A stretch of 64,000 bases of DNA from Tubiluchus corallicola (taxonomy: Eukaryota > Animalia > Priapulida), in NCBI GenBank assembly GCA_030141605.1, contig JAQGDQ010000307.1:124001-188000 (forward strand). The letters are read 5' to 3'. The notes under the pieces were generated by a model, which saw only the letters and a list, made by a program, of their open reading frames with translations, did not search any database and was not told the DNA's origin. A program made the translations under genes and the position numbers. Shown here piece after piece: positions 38,345-53,500 of the stretch; position 1 is the stretch's first letter, and every line of letters starts with the position of its first letter.

Positions 38345-41300
38345 ATACGATAGTCATCACAGAGGTCTCCATTTTCTGTCGTCTAATAGAACTGACTTTA
38401 AAGTATCATCTGAATTATGTACATTTCAGCACTTGTAATCTGAACTCTAATCTGCACTCTATATTTTGTATACAAAGTTACAAATTAAAATATTCACACA
38501 TTTGAATGCCTTAATTATTCACTGTGTTTGATGATTATCAATGAGAAAAATTAAATTGTATGAATGAGCAGCTTAATAAAAAGATCTGGAAAATAATACC
38601 ACATAAGCTAACTGCTGGACTTTAATGTTATTCATGCCCCGAAGAACTAGCAACTGGCTAGGAACCTTTTGATTGCTGGCCACATGCAAGCCATCAAGCT
38701 AAAGGGTTATAAAAAATGATATATTGCTTATTCTACTCATTTTCAAAACAGATAAGATAAACCATTTTACAGCTGGAGACATTTAACTATAAGCACTGCT
38801 CATTCATCTAAATGATAAGGAGTTCCACCAATATTAACTAAATTACAACCCAAATTCATGCAGAGGCTTTACATGATATTGCATGTTGTAGATACCATAT
38901 TCCTGCTCTACAAGTATTTGAGAGTTAGTCATGAGTAACTCAGTAATGCAGGGTTTAGTCAGTCTAGCCAGACAATGCTGCAAGTCCTTGGTTCAGTGTT
39001 CCTAAGTTTGGAACCAAAAAAGAAAAGAATTCATAGACACAGCACACTGAGCGCAGACATAGCCAGACAAGCTGCTAAAGCAAATCTAGTCTTGCATATA
39101 AAAGCTGGTACAATTAAATTTTAGAATAGGAAGCAAAAAACTAAATCAGAAAATCTTAGGAAAACAGGGTGAAACTAAACCACAAAAAAAAAAATTATTT
39201 TGTTACACATTCAAATTTAAAAATGGACATCAGTAAAAAAATCTCATAGTTACATAATACAGAAATATACCAAAGGCTGGCAGCTAAAACCAACGGACAG
39301 CTCCATGATTAACCTTTATTATCTATAATTTTTAATTCTGCAGCATCATTTGATGCCTAGACATAACAATTCAAAATTCCCGCAGCATCTAAAATAATAT
39401 ATCAAGAGATTGTTGTTATAGCCAAACATAATTATACATGTGTACCATTTGCATACCAACCACAATGCTTTCTCAAAAGAAAAACACAGCAAGTTTTATA
39501 GATTTTGTGATTATTAGATGGAAAAATGTAGACAACACTTTCAAAAAGCTAAAATAAACCAAATACACAGCGTGACATACAGATGATGGGAACAGGGTGT
39601 GTATTGCAACGTACAGTGCACGACATTTCACATCAATATAGTGCCCATAATTATAGGACTAATGGCTTTAGCTGTAGCAACTTGGTAACATACACAAATG
39701 AAGACATTGAAGAGACTATAATATTTAATTTCACAATCAAGCTATTAAATAATTTGCACCATACCTCTCCATGATGAAGGACATAAAGTGATGTCTTATA
39801 TTATGGGCAGAAGAGGAAATATATAAGTTAATGTCAGTTTAATGCACTGGAAATGCTAATGTTCAATATGAATTACTATCAGAGTCAGGTACATTGCACT
39901 TTTTCAGGTGCGCCAAGGAGCAACAGCAGTTTCAATGGCTGAAATAGAAACGTTTTACTAAATGCTACAACTTTAGCAAGCCATTATTTTTGTAACTCAA
40001 CAACATGTTTGGCACAGTCCCATCGTATGCTCTTTAAATGTTTCTATCATTTCAAAAACCGTGATATTGGGAAACACGAGTTAAATTTAAAGTTTATCAA
40101 TCAGATACTGTTGGCTGTTATTGCCTGCAGTAAATCTGGTATTTTACAATTACACGTAACACAAATTAATACGACAAACTGGCAATATTTAACACACACT
40201 GGCTGACCGACAATGTACAATGGTGATAGTACTATGTACTCAAACCATTTTTGTTAAAAACCGTATTAACTCTATTCATAATAATGAATTATTATCACAA
40301 AAAATTACTAAATTGTTGTCTGACCATAATTGATTTTTAATAGAGAACTAGTTAATACTTGCGCTGCCAACGATACTTTGGCATAATTTTGCTGTAACTA
40401 CCCGTAATATTTTGTACTACTTATTCTATATAATGGTCATGTAGCGCCGTAGTAATAACAGATTTTCCTAAAATAATTTTATAAAAAACTTGCAATTCAT
40501 ATATTTTGGCGATACTTTCAGGCCAGCTAAACCGTAAGTGACAGACAAGCTGAAAACTCCGCACTTACAGTGAAGTTAACCATAGATATGCACCTTACAC
40601 TACTAGTTGATGGTATGGTAGAATTTTCATGTACATGTTTTTGTTTCTGGAGTTTCTGCTTATAGAGTTTAAGGAATTCAAAATAGTACAAAGCAGACAA
40701 ATTAAACTTAATTCAGCCAACAGTACACCTATGTTGGCCTATAATACTGGTTAATGACTTAACAGACAGTGTAAAGTTAAGCAAATGCAGCCGAATTTCT
40801 AGAATCATCAAGTGATCCTACAATGGATAATAAAAAAAGTAACATTCACCACAAAGAGGAAGCAAACAGTATTAAAATAAAAGATTTCTATGAAACATGA
40901 ATACATTTACAGTGGAACAGTGACGCGAATTTTTAGGCAATGTTTTCATACCAAATATTGAAAATTATAAGCAATTTTTGATACCCAAGAAAAGGTACTG
41001 ATAACCATTTTACTAAGGAATCAAGATAACTCCAAATTAGTTGTACTGAAAAATTACCAATCTAGTTTTAATCACATATGCAATATCTCTGATTGTATAT
41101 ATATTATGGTAATATTATATATGCAATAAAACTCACTATAAAGTGATGTGAGCCATAAATGTAAAAATGTGTGTGGACACTTATAATGCCTACAAGTGAA
41201 TTACTTGTCCACTAATCAGATGCAGATCATCTTATGCCATAAACAGAACGAGACTAGTGTAATTATAAGAATTTAGTTAATTAACTAGGAAGACATCTAA

Positions 41301-44300
41301 CAAGATTTGCTTTTACTTGATTTATCGCAAAAACTAGCACAGAACAATTTCTGTCCGTCTTACAACTAATAATTCCATTGACACAACAGCACACAAAGTT
41401 TTTGCAATAAATGTACAGGGCTGCATTCTCTCCCCTTTACAGGTCTATGAAAAACCTAGTGTAGAACAAAAAATAATTACTGGACAGAATTTATTGGTGA
41501 AATATATACTTACACAGCAAATAGTGCTGCAAAATGTCAATTTAATAACCAACTATTAAGGTTACTTGGTGTAGGTAGAGGAATTACACACATTCTTGGT
41601 TGGTACTTGGCAACAAGAGTAATGACAAAATAGGGGTAACAGTCAGTTTACACTAGTGTAAAGTTAAGTTTGCACGACTGCTTGGAATATTTGAAGTTTG
41701 TCTTATGACATATTATTGCTACTGATGTGAATAGTAATGCCGCTATTAAGTAGTTTCTATCTTTAATTTTCACAGAAAAAAAAGACAAAAGCCAATTTAA
41801 CAATAGGAGCCATGAAGGTAACCATCTCTAATGAGTGTTGGAAATTCTAAGCAGGATAAATTTGCTAAGTTACAAAAGATATTACATAATTGTTATTTCG
41901 TATAACATTATTAGACACAGAAGAGCCATATTAAAGCACTTATAGTAGTCACTTTAAGACTTGCTGTAACTTGTTATATTAAACTATCTGTTTTGAAACA
42001 ATTTTGCTGCACCTCAATAAAACAGAGAGCAGCTTAAATGCATGGTTCAAGTGGGGTGTTACATTTAAAAAGCTTGTACTTTTTCTACTACCTTTACAAT
42101 ATTATTTACAAGTGATCTTTAGGTATGCTTCTCATATTTTTACAGACACGCACATGCACGCACGCACACACAAACACAAAGCGCCCACATTCACATAAAC
42201 TCGTATTAATGTTTGGATAAACACTTTACAGCTATAACCTCAGCAAATTAACCAAACTGCAACAGTAAGAATTCCTTGGCTGCACTCACAGATTTAAATG
42301 ACATATGCGCAAAGAAATTTACAGACATGTTAGGAGCAGTTATTAAATACACAAAAATCTAACCTTTAAGACATACATATGCAAATTCTTCAGGAATATA
42401 TGTACAACAGAGAGAAGACTATCCTAAAACCAAGCTGCAGTTGAATTTTGGGCAAGCAGTAGCTTTTAGTAATAGAACAACTTTAATTAACTTTTCTTGT
42501 CAAATTTCAAACAGAAGACAAAAAAAATCACAAAAACGTCTGCTATGTTGAATGCTGAAAAATATAAACGACAGCCCACTAATATTCAGATACAATTTGC
42601 AAGAACAGAGGAATATAAATATTGTTAACTTTGTAGATTTATAATTATAAGCTACTGACAAACTTAGAACTTAGACGGAATCACTAAGAAGTACAAAAAA
42701 TTTTACATAGCAGTAGAAACAGATCGTAAGTTGCTGTTCTACTGTAAAGTTCCACAGACTGAAGTGCAGCACAAAAGTGTTTGGGAAATCAGAACAAGTA
42801 GCAGATAAACAAGAATTATAAAATATTATGAACACTGTGAAGGTCACTGTAATATAGCAATTAAACACTAATGGAGTGACATTACTAACTAATATTGTCT
42901 AGTCATGGTGTTCGTGTTTAGGCAATTATTAAAAAATTTATTTGTGCGGTTCTTCGTGAAACAACAGATTGCAATTATAATTATAATGCACAGAATGAGA
43001 TTAGCAAGGGAACTGTACATCAAATTAAGTAAAAATATCTCCTGTTACTGTAAAAAGATACTGTTGTCTTACTTGTGCATCTAAAGCAATGCAAAAGGCA
43101 AACATTTTTAATTATAATGCATGCATCCGCACTGATTAGCCATTCTTTGCGTACTAACATAATACCAATTACTTCAGTATTTTTTATGCAGCCCTAGCAA
43201 TCTTTTTCTTGCGCATATGTGGCATTTACATCTATGGATACATTTCAACATTATGAATACATTAGTGCGACTATTTTTGGTAAAGTATTAAGCCCTAATT
43301 AGATTAATCAATGAACATGAATAAAACAAACAAGTCATTGTGGCTTAATATATATATATAATACTCACCAGAATATACCAAACTAGAGCAAAGTGTTTTA
43401 ATTTCCACATTTAATATGCTATCACCATAAAGATAAAATAGCGAATTAAAACACCCTTAAATGGATGACAACTTTCTTTATCTGCACAAAATCAGCAGTA
43501 AAATTTAAAGGATTGATGAAAATCTTAAACCAGAATTAAGTGACTCTTATGCATTCAATTGACACAGTTATTAATAAACACGAATGTCTAAATTTTTACT
43601 CCAGCTTTGCACAAAAACCACGAGTCCAAACAGGAGAGTGATCCATACTTTTTGCTGCCATAGATTCTTTTCCAGTACTCCAAAAGACTCTGTGATCCAG
43701 TTCATTTGATGAAAGCTGCTTTCATTCACAAACTTGCATTATTTTTCCTTTACACTGTTTTATAACAATTCACACTAATTACACGTTGACGAAATAGTGA
43801 ACACGAACTCGCTAAACGTTCAATTTAAACGCGTTTTTTGCTTATAACATCGTCGAATAGGAGGTGGTATATAGTTGATGGGCTTACAAGTACCTAGATT
43901 GGAAGAAACAAGCAAAAAGTTTCATTATACAATTCCAAACTTACCATTGTATAAAGTACACAAATAACAGCAGTATACAACCTAGCATATGTTAACAAAA
44001 ATATAACCAGGTATCCACTAATACAATATATATATATATGTATGTATGTATGTAATGCCAGTCAGCCAGTTTACAAATCACCCCAAATGCTTATTTGTAA
44101 ATATCACCTAAAAATATGGTAAAATCTGTACAAAACTGAAAGAGCAACACAGCACCATATAAAAAAGTAAATATGTAATAAAAATTAAAAACATTATATA
44201 AAATAAGAATCTGAATATATAAAATTGTAGCTCCATATGTGCGCAGAACAACCTGTAGATAACAGAATTGTTAATTAAGTCCTAATTACACACGCTAACT

Positions 44301-45320
44301 ATCAAATATAGTTTATAGTACTCTGGACGTATATCACCGTCGACATCAAAATCTACACTGAAATCAAAAGTACACAGATAATAATTTAAAACACAACAAA
44401 TGAGAAAAATTAATGTATATTCCAGGAATTAACAATCCATATTTTCAATATCCCACCAGCATTTTTGTCGTTAACAAAAAATACTACAATTTTTGTAAAA
44501 TTTTTTAGTTAAACTTGTAAGTTTTCATGATAAGCCAAATTCACGTTTGGCTAATGAGCCCCTAAAACTTAAAATTATAAAAAGATCAATGTGGACAATT
44601 CATGACATCGTACTCTATGTCAAGTCAGAATATTGAAAAACATACTATGTTACCTTCCCAGAATAACTATAAACAACAAAGACTAATCTAGCATGCATTA
44701 AACAAGCGTAGAAATAGCCTACTCATATATATATGGAGTGAAACATGTTTTAAACATTTTTGTTGCATAGTCATTTAAGTAATATAAAACAAAACAAAAT
44801 GAGTGAATAGTTTGCCCCGAAGAAAAATGATAACTTGCTGAAAAAGAAATATATACTGAGTTATATCAACATGGCTAAGTATTTCATAAAAGTTTCATAA
44901 ACATAACAATTGTAAAAAAAGGTTAATAAGAAAATATCACAGGTTTAGCACTTACTTAACAGCTAATTACAGATAGCATTATAACAAAACTTAAAAATAT
45001 GTTGATGAAATATAAAGATAAAAAAAGAGGGTAAAACTCTATAAAATGCTATACCTATGAAACTTTGGTTAAATCCGGTCTATTTACAATTTCATTATCA
45101 CCAATTCAAGAATATACCTACTTGGGTATTTTTCCTCTGCTAAATACCACTTATTGTTTTTTCTTAACTTTAAACGTTCAAATTCAAAAATCAAATGTCT
45201 CTTACTAGAAAATATAGTTTGAGTATTACTCAGAGTTAGTTCCAAATTTGTGATATGTTTAAGCTTTGTTTTATAAGATTTCATGGTTTTGTTAAGTTAA
45301 ACATTTCAAGCAAAAAATCA

Positions 45321-45455
45321 GTATCTTCATCATCATCACGCTTACTGCTACCATCATCAGCTTTATCGCCATTCATCATCGCTGCCTCATTATCATCATC
45401 ATTTATCACAGTTGCCACCTTCATCATCATCACTACCTCTCATTATCATGATTAC
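45321..45455. repeat. Degenerate (CAT/GAT)n microsatellite
   Basis: Run of imperfect catcat/tatcat triplets inside the CPSF6 3' intron. Confidence 0.75.
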
Positions 45456-47558
45456 TAAATGCCACAATCATCGCCAGATTAAAGTATAATTACCTCAACT
45501 AGTTATCAAACAAGTGAAACTACTTAAGAAGTACTAGTCAAAACTCTGCAAAAACATTTAGCATATAATTGGAATTACGTTTAAAAATCTTGTATTCATT
45601 ATCACATTATGCTTTGGTAGTTTAATGTAATACGTGCGAACAGATATAAGCCAGTTAAGCAGAAAGTAAACAGGATATTCAATCACCTATCAGCTCAATA
45701 GTATTTTTAGTGCAAAGCCATTGAATCTGAATCTGGAAATATATCACCTCCCTTCAGTCCAATAAACAACTTTGTAAAACAGTATGTGTGACTTTACAGA
45801 CCAGTTCAGCTTTTGAGTTCCAACCAAGACCCTCACAAGGTTGCAGACAAAATTATTTTGTAAAACAAGTCGAAATTTGAAAAACATCACAAGCGTCACC
45901 TTCACAAATGCTGATTGTAAGAAGAGTGTTGGCTATGAAATCTAGGTATGCCTACTACATCCCATAACAAACGATTTTTTTTCAATCCCAAAAAAACAAT
46001 GGGATAACACGCAAAAATAATTTGTTCATGTTCCACACACTGACCTAGACAAAAACATTCACCTAATTCGGATTTGTAGTAGGTAACAGATTTATAAATA
46101 GAATCTTAAACTATCTAAGAACAGACCAATAATAAATAACTTTACTATTACGCTAAATTAAGCCGATTATACATCGAAGTGATAGTAATGTGACGGTCGT
46201 CTAAACATTACTAGCAAATACAGACCAAAAAATTTAACCCTCGCCCAGCAATACGCCATCAAGATGCATTACTACTAGTAACCAGGAAGTAAGATGTGCT
46301 AGTGAAACACTTTTGTCAGCAGCATTAGCTGTATTACTTTCCTTTGCTTGTCCATAATGTAACCATTAACTGAATAAGAGTGCAAATGGAGAATTAGAGG
46401 AATAAGCATACAGTGCTTCAATTAGTTTTCCACATAACTACATTTCACTAATTAAGTCTAATACAACCCTTCTTTTGACAATATCAACAAAATGCATAAC
46501 CTAGGAATACTCCAAAAATAAAATACATTTCTAAACTAGATCATCTGAAAATTACATTCCAATAGCATCTGCATAAAACAAATATTTAACCTGAACAAAT
46601 GACAATAAAAACTGGTTTAAATTAAATTGGCGTGAAGTATTACAGAGACCTGCAATATTTTGCTGGGTAACTAAAGTATACTGTAAGTTTTTTCGTGTTT
46701 TCAATCCAACCGCCACCTCGAGGTGTAATCGGCGTAAGTTGAAAGTTTGTTGACACAGATGCATTAGATGGTTGCCAATAGCATACATAATTGCCTATCA
46801 AATATAACTTCTTAATTAGTTGCAGGAAAGATGCCGGATTTATGCATGAAAACAGAACCAATCAGCGAAATACTCAAGTTGCAGTTTATCATTTATGGAA
46901 TTCAATATGCCTGCAAAAAATGCAAGTGAAACATGTAAAGCTTTGGTAATTTCGAGATACACTTCATATGATTATTAAAACCCAATGATGAAAACTAGTT
47001 AGACAGCAAAGTGCATAACTAGAGTTAGTATTGCCACATGCATTTCAATTAAATGAAAATGTTACATTTATACTGTGACAACTCAGTTAAACCACTGAAA
47101 TGATGTTTTTAGATAGTTTGGGCACTTTTCAATGGTTTAACACTATATGTGAAGCACACCATTTATTCTAAAAGGCTTGATGACCAGAATCTCAATGAAA
47201 AAACACAACACACAACAAATTTGTAGTAAAAAAGCAACTAGTGGGAAAAAATCATATGCAGCAAAATTGCTAGCTGATTTCTCTGCAAATTAAATGGTGT
47301 AGAAGTTGTAAGATTAACATCAAACTTCTAATAAACACAAAAGTGCTAAAGGCATCATAAACGTGACAGTAAATTTTGACCTGAGCGCTTGGGCTGTTAA
47401 TGGACTGACTAAAATCTAGCTTAATATTAATAATATCACGATTAGCACTTTTGTTGGATAGTCTTTATAAGACTCAGTAATGCAGAAACCTTGTTAAAGA
47501 GTACAAACATACAAAAGTTTAGAAGTAAAATGCACACACGGGATACAAAACACTTACA

Positions 47559-50500
47559 TCAACGACGAGTCGATGAATGATAATCCCTCTCTCTGTCTCG
47601 ATCGTTACGAACACGATCATCACGCTCTCTATCTCTGTGCCGTCTTTCATCCTCGTATCTGTCTCGCTCTCGGCTACGATCGCGATACTCACGGTCCCGA
47701 GAGCGGGAGCGATCGCGACGACTGGACTTCTCACGACGTCGCTCACGATCTCTGGATCTGTCTCGGCTCTTGCTTCTGCAATAGCAATATAATAATACTA
47801 GCAGTGAAACAACAAGGCATCTTTATAATGTACCAGGGCCTACATTTGTCACAACTCAATGTTCAATCACCTGTGACTAATCAATTTACTTCACAAGTTA
47901 TTATTCATGCAAAGCTGAGCATCCAAAACTAAGTAATTTATAGCTTTTTTAGCAAGTTATCAAAGCTATAAACAAATGTTAGTAGTATTTGGTGTTAAGC
48001 AAACAACCTAACAGTACTTAAGCACACAGAATATACCTACCTATCTTACAACCATAAGGGACAAGCGACTCTTAATTATACTAGGCAGTGGTAAGATTAT
48101 GTAAGCATTTTGTTGGTAAACAAGGTGAATGAATACAGAAAACAATTCAAAAGAAATACTTTGGCATCTACAATGACTTCAGTCCACCACAGTCACGGAA
48201 AAATTGCCAACTATATTAAATCTCGTTATTCTACTAACCTAGAGCCGTATGACTTTTCTTCAATTCCATGCAAAGTATCCTGCAGTGATCCAATCAGAAT
48301 CTTACAGCGGTCATCTGTAGCAACTTTTGATTGCTTGATTAGGGAGATAGCTGTAACTAATGTTTCAATAGCACTGGCAAAGTCACCTGTAAGACAAATA
48401 CTCTTTTGTCAACCTAAAAACAAACTGTTTTAAACCCATATGCTGTTAAAATTCAGGCTAGAAAAGAATAATGTTGAACACGTGGAACCAATATTAAAGA
48501 ACTACACTGAACGGACAAGCTACAATAATATCACTATCTGACAAAAGTCACAATGATTATATATTGTTATTACAAATCTAATGATAGAGATGAGTCACTT
48601 AAGTAGGCACATGTAAAATTCGGTTTTTCTTGCCATTACGATGAATAACAAGTTAGGAAACTATAAATGTTCTATGATCACAGAGTGTGTTCTTGTTTAC
48701 TCTCTGCAATTATCTTAAGCACCACTTATACCATCGCTTGCATCACGGGATGACACATTATGTACCACTCACCCATCCAGTTTACACTTCCTCACACTAG
48801 CAACTAAAACAGCTAACAAGAATTAAGAGAGATGCTAAACAATAACTATCGATACAGATCTCGTATGGTATCGAATCAACTCAGAAATTAGCCTAGTATA
48901 GTTAACATATCAAAACTACCCAAAAAATTATTATCATATTGATACCAAGATACCCAAATAGCAAATCGTAGGCAAGTTGCCTTAGTTTGTGCATAGCATC
49001 ACTGCTGGACAATTTCCAAGCTTTTCATGCTTTTCTACTTTTGTCGCGATTTTTGCCAGGCAAGCCTACTTAAGAATGCAACATTAGGAATAAACAGGAA
49101 CTGTACTACCAAAAACGACTGCTAAATTCCCACAATACAGACAGTAAATAATTACTTGATAAAGTTTGTCTTTGATTTAGCATGTTTTTAGCACAAGTAC
49201 TAAATCAATTTACTAGACAAATATGTTGATTTTTGTGGAGTTTAAAAATGCATTGTATGGTATTATATCGTAAAAGAGTTCTAGTATCGTTATCGTATCG
49301 TATCGTATCGACGGAAAAAAGTATTGCATTGTAAAACAGTTAGCAAATTGTTTACCACTACTACAACTATTCAAAGTATTATGCATAAAGCATCACTCAC
49401 CTACACTAGCATCAGCAACAGCTCGTGAGATGGCGCTGCTTGACACAGATTTGTTCTTCGACATTAGTTCCTCAAATTCACTGTCTGACATAGATGGCTC
49501 AGTTCTGCATCGAAAATAGTGAAAAGGAGTGACACCTAGAACTTTTTGTATGATTAAGACTAATACTTAACTACTCAGTAATGACAACACACTATGATTA
49601 AAGGTAAAACAAATGTCATGAAAAACTTTCTACTTTAAAAAAAATTAAAAGAGAACAAGTTTATTTTTTATGGCCAAAGCAGTAAACTTTCCAACAAACC
49701 TGTCTGACTGGGTGCTTCTGTAGTCTGACTGAGTGCCAGCAGGTGGCTGAAACAGAAAAACAAAGTTATCCATTACAATCAGGGAGTAAAAAGTAGTGAT
49801 ACAAATACAAAAGTACTAAGTAAATGTTTGACCAAGACTTACAAACTAGTAAGTGAAGTTTCTTCTTTTTTTATGGTCAGCCAAGCTAAGCAAGTGTGAC
49901 TAGCAGCAAATGTTGCACTACACTATGTTATTAGCTCTGTTCTACAAGAAAACATTACCGATTTAGAAAAAAAAAATTTGTTTTTTCACTCTGTAGTGTT
50001 TCTCAATTTGGGCTAATGAAATAAATAACTAGAAGGGCTCTCCACAGAACATAGTGCACAGTTTACTTCACATCTCAACTAATGTTAATATAGCAGTAAT
50101 CTCAAAAAAGTTTTTAACCTATACTTCATTGTCTTGCTATTTCAGTGCTTCAACAAAAACATGATAATCCTGTCCTACCTCAGACTTGTAAAAATTTGTA
50201 CTCATAGTTTTCTCACTAGCAAGATTTCATTGAAAAATCAAATAAATATGAAGGTAAACACAAAAACTTGGGTGACAATCTAACTCCGCCAGCATCTGTG
50301 TGGTAGAAGATAAAAACAAAATTTTAAAGAATTTTACTTTTATCGTACTGCTTTTTGCCACTTCTAAATATACATAAACAAAGGCAAATTATTAAACAAC
50401 ATAAGACTTCCCAAGTAACTTACTGGTCCTTGCGGAGGAAAGAATGCAGGATTCACATGTGGTGCTGGTGGTGGCACCCCTTGTGGTGGGGGGATTGTTG

Positions 50501-53500
50501 CATGTGTTGGGGGTGGTCCACTTACTGGTGGCATTCCAAATGGAGGCATACCTACACAGGTAAAGAAACATTTAAACTGAATTGGTGTACTTGCACTGTA
50601 AACTTGTACTTAGTCATTAACAGAAATAAATGATAATAATAATAATACAAGCTCAACTTTATAAAAACTGAACTCTGTACCTGGGGGTGGTCCTCTCATG
50701 CCTGGCATCACCTGTGTGGGTGGTGGAACAGAAGCTATACAAATGAGAAAAGAGATATAAGTAATTTTTAAATGATAATATCTATCATTAAAAGTTTGAA
50801 AAATTCTGCACAAAGAATCTGACTAGAAAATAATAGCATAACACACTTTGATCATCTCAACATACTTATTATATGGCTAAGAAAAACACTTAAAAATTTT
50901 CCATGTTTACACTATAACTTGCTAAAATTTCAAGATTCCAAAGTCATTACGACATACCATTACCTGGGGGTGGACCGCCATATGGCGCCGAAGCTGGAGG
51001 ATGCCTTGGATCCCAGTTAGGGCCAGGGTGACCAGGTGGCGGTGCCCTCTGATCAGGAGGTGGTCCCCGCATATGTGGCGGCGGTCCAGGTGGTGGCTGA
51101 AATATTAAATGTTTGTTGGCAAACATAGCTATATGCCTTAAACAGAAATTACACAGAATTAAGAAATACCAATTCATTTCAGTTAAATATTTCTATTTGC
51201 TAGCAACCTTTATAAACTGCTCCTTTAATGAGACAACAAACACACGTACAGATAATGAACGAAGGATTCAACAGGGTTTTTCTAATCTTCTTTTCAACAA
51301 CTTCATTTAGGCAGTGGTCAACTTTCACACAAATGACACAAAACGAGGATATTACTTTGGTTACGCCAATATTCTATTTAAATTTTGCAGTGTACACGTT
51401 TCACCTTTTACTTATGAATGTAAATAACCATGTATGTTTACTTCACCGTGCTGAGATTAAGACTCACTATTGATAAGGACAAAATATTTCTAATGAAAAC
51501 AAATGTTTATGCCAGCTTACCCCTTGTGGTGGAGGTACAGGTCTTGGAGGCATACCAGGATGCCCAATACTCATTCCAGGAGGTGGCGGGCCTCTAGGTG
51601 GCCCTTGTGCACCAGGTGGTGGGCCTCTAGGCGGCGGTCCACGCGCTACAATAAATTAATAAGTAAAGGTGATAACAGTTACAAGAATTTATACAAATCT
51701 TCACTTAACATCAGAGACAGGTGGACTGGGAATGCTTCAGATATTCGGATCGCTAATTTTTTCCCTGAATACCAGTATGGAAATCCGGTCCGGTAAACTA
51801 TAAGTATGCCAAAGTCAAATAACTGTCATATTCGGCGAAAAATATAATAAACAAACCGAATATTTCCTTACAATGCTTATAAAAATTTATCCAAAAATAG
51901 CTGATAGTAAACAGCGAACATTGCATGACAGCCGTCATCTTGCTTTCTGTAACTGTATGATATCTTAAAGAATGAGATGCACCGTCCATCGGTACACAAC
52001 TCGTATCAATGTGCAATAGTGTGGCGGTGCTGTATTCGCTTATACATGATAAAATCAACGAGAACTCGAGCTAGTAAATCATTATACTATTGCAGTCTTG
52101 CATAAATACTGTTTTTGTTGAGTAGACAAAATAACCTGAACAGCCTCTAAATAAATTAAATACTTAATGCAATTAATGTTTTACAGAGCTGTCACTAGAA
52201 TGTATTTCCTTTGGAAATACTTCACTTAACACCACTTCTTTTGGGACATGCTAGCATCACCAATTGAAGAAAATGACAGCAGTTACTATGTTTTTTACTA
52301 TATGAGTTGAGGTTAGTTCCTATTACCATATCACAAATAAAACATTTCCAGAATGATTTAAAGTTGCTGACAGTCATCAAGGATTTTCCAGTCAAACCTG
52401 CATGTGCTCTAACATGTTCTTCAAGAAATTAATGCATAACAATAGATAAAATAGTGTTAACCCACAAAAAACTTGAATTATAACGAAATCTTGAACAATG
52501 GATTTCTGAAAGTCTTTTACAACACACTACTAGTAGTAATTCATTAATGAACAAACCAAATGTAACTACATTAACAGTAACTCCACATATAATAACAACA
52601 GTTCGAAAAATTAAAAAAAGTTATTTACGTGGTGGACCTCCAAATCCAGGAGGTGGCCCAGGTGGGCCATGAGGGCCTCCAGGTGGACCGGGAGGTCTCA
52701 TAAGACGTTGTGTAGGTGGAAATTGAGCACGACCCCGTCCTCCCATAGGCGGTCCTTGATTTCTCATTCCTCCAGGTCCTAAGTCAACCAAAACATTAGT
52801 TTCAGTTTTATATATTTTAGAAATGCTCAGAATTCAGTTGAATGCAAAATCAGTAGTATTAAGAATTAATAAAGTTTTCTTAATATTACAAAAGTAATAA
52901 TTCGACCAAAAAGCACCAAAATTTTAAAATTCTGAAAATGGCTATAAACTAGTCGCAAAAGAACTACAAAAAGAGAATTTGCATAGTACTTTTGCAAAGC
53001 TATATAAAAAATCAATACGTTTTAATATCGGAATTACTTTTCAGAAGCAAACAGTTATTTGTCAAAATTGCAAAAATTAGCAGAATTTAATCACTATATT
53101 CAGCACTATATAACAAAATTTATCACAGCAGCAACCGATTATAAAAATGCAAGGTTAAAAAGCATGTACAAAGTCTACTGTATTTGAATCAAATACTATC
53201 ATGTTAGCATTGAATTACTTGCTGATAATACTTATCTAACTTGTACTACATCCCCTGAAACTGGTTTTCACTGCAGAAAACTCAAAATGTGAAAAATGTT
53301 TACAAGAATAATTCAACTAATAGGCTGAAGTCACTGTACAAGGTACAGTTCTAAACACTTTAGTTTTTCTTTTCAATGCTAGTAGAATTATTTGCACGAC
53401 TGCAGTAGTTTCTTGAAAATAGTTTCTTAATTTATACTGTATTTACTACTAAATGATAAGCTTTCTAAATTAAGCCATTTTTTTTTAAAAGCAAGAAACT

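Noticed and set aside
45255-45458. Possible acidic or Ser-rich coding exon
   Set aside because: Degenerate GAT microsatellite with stops in the acidic frame, lying downstream of the CPSF6 stop codon.
47519-47932. Track ORFs over the CPSF6 last coding exon
   Set aside because: They are alternate-frame or antisense shadows of the RS/RD-rich exon; the real frame has no start codon of its own.
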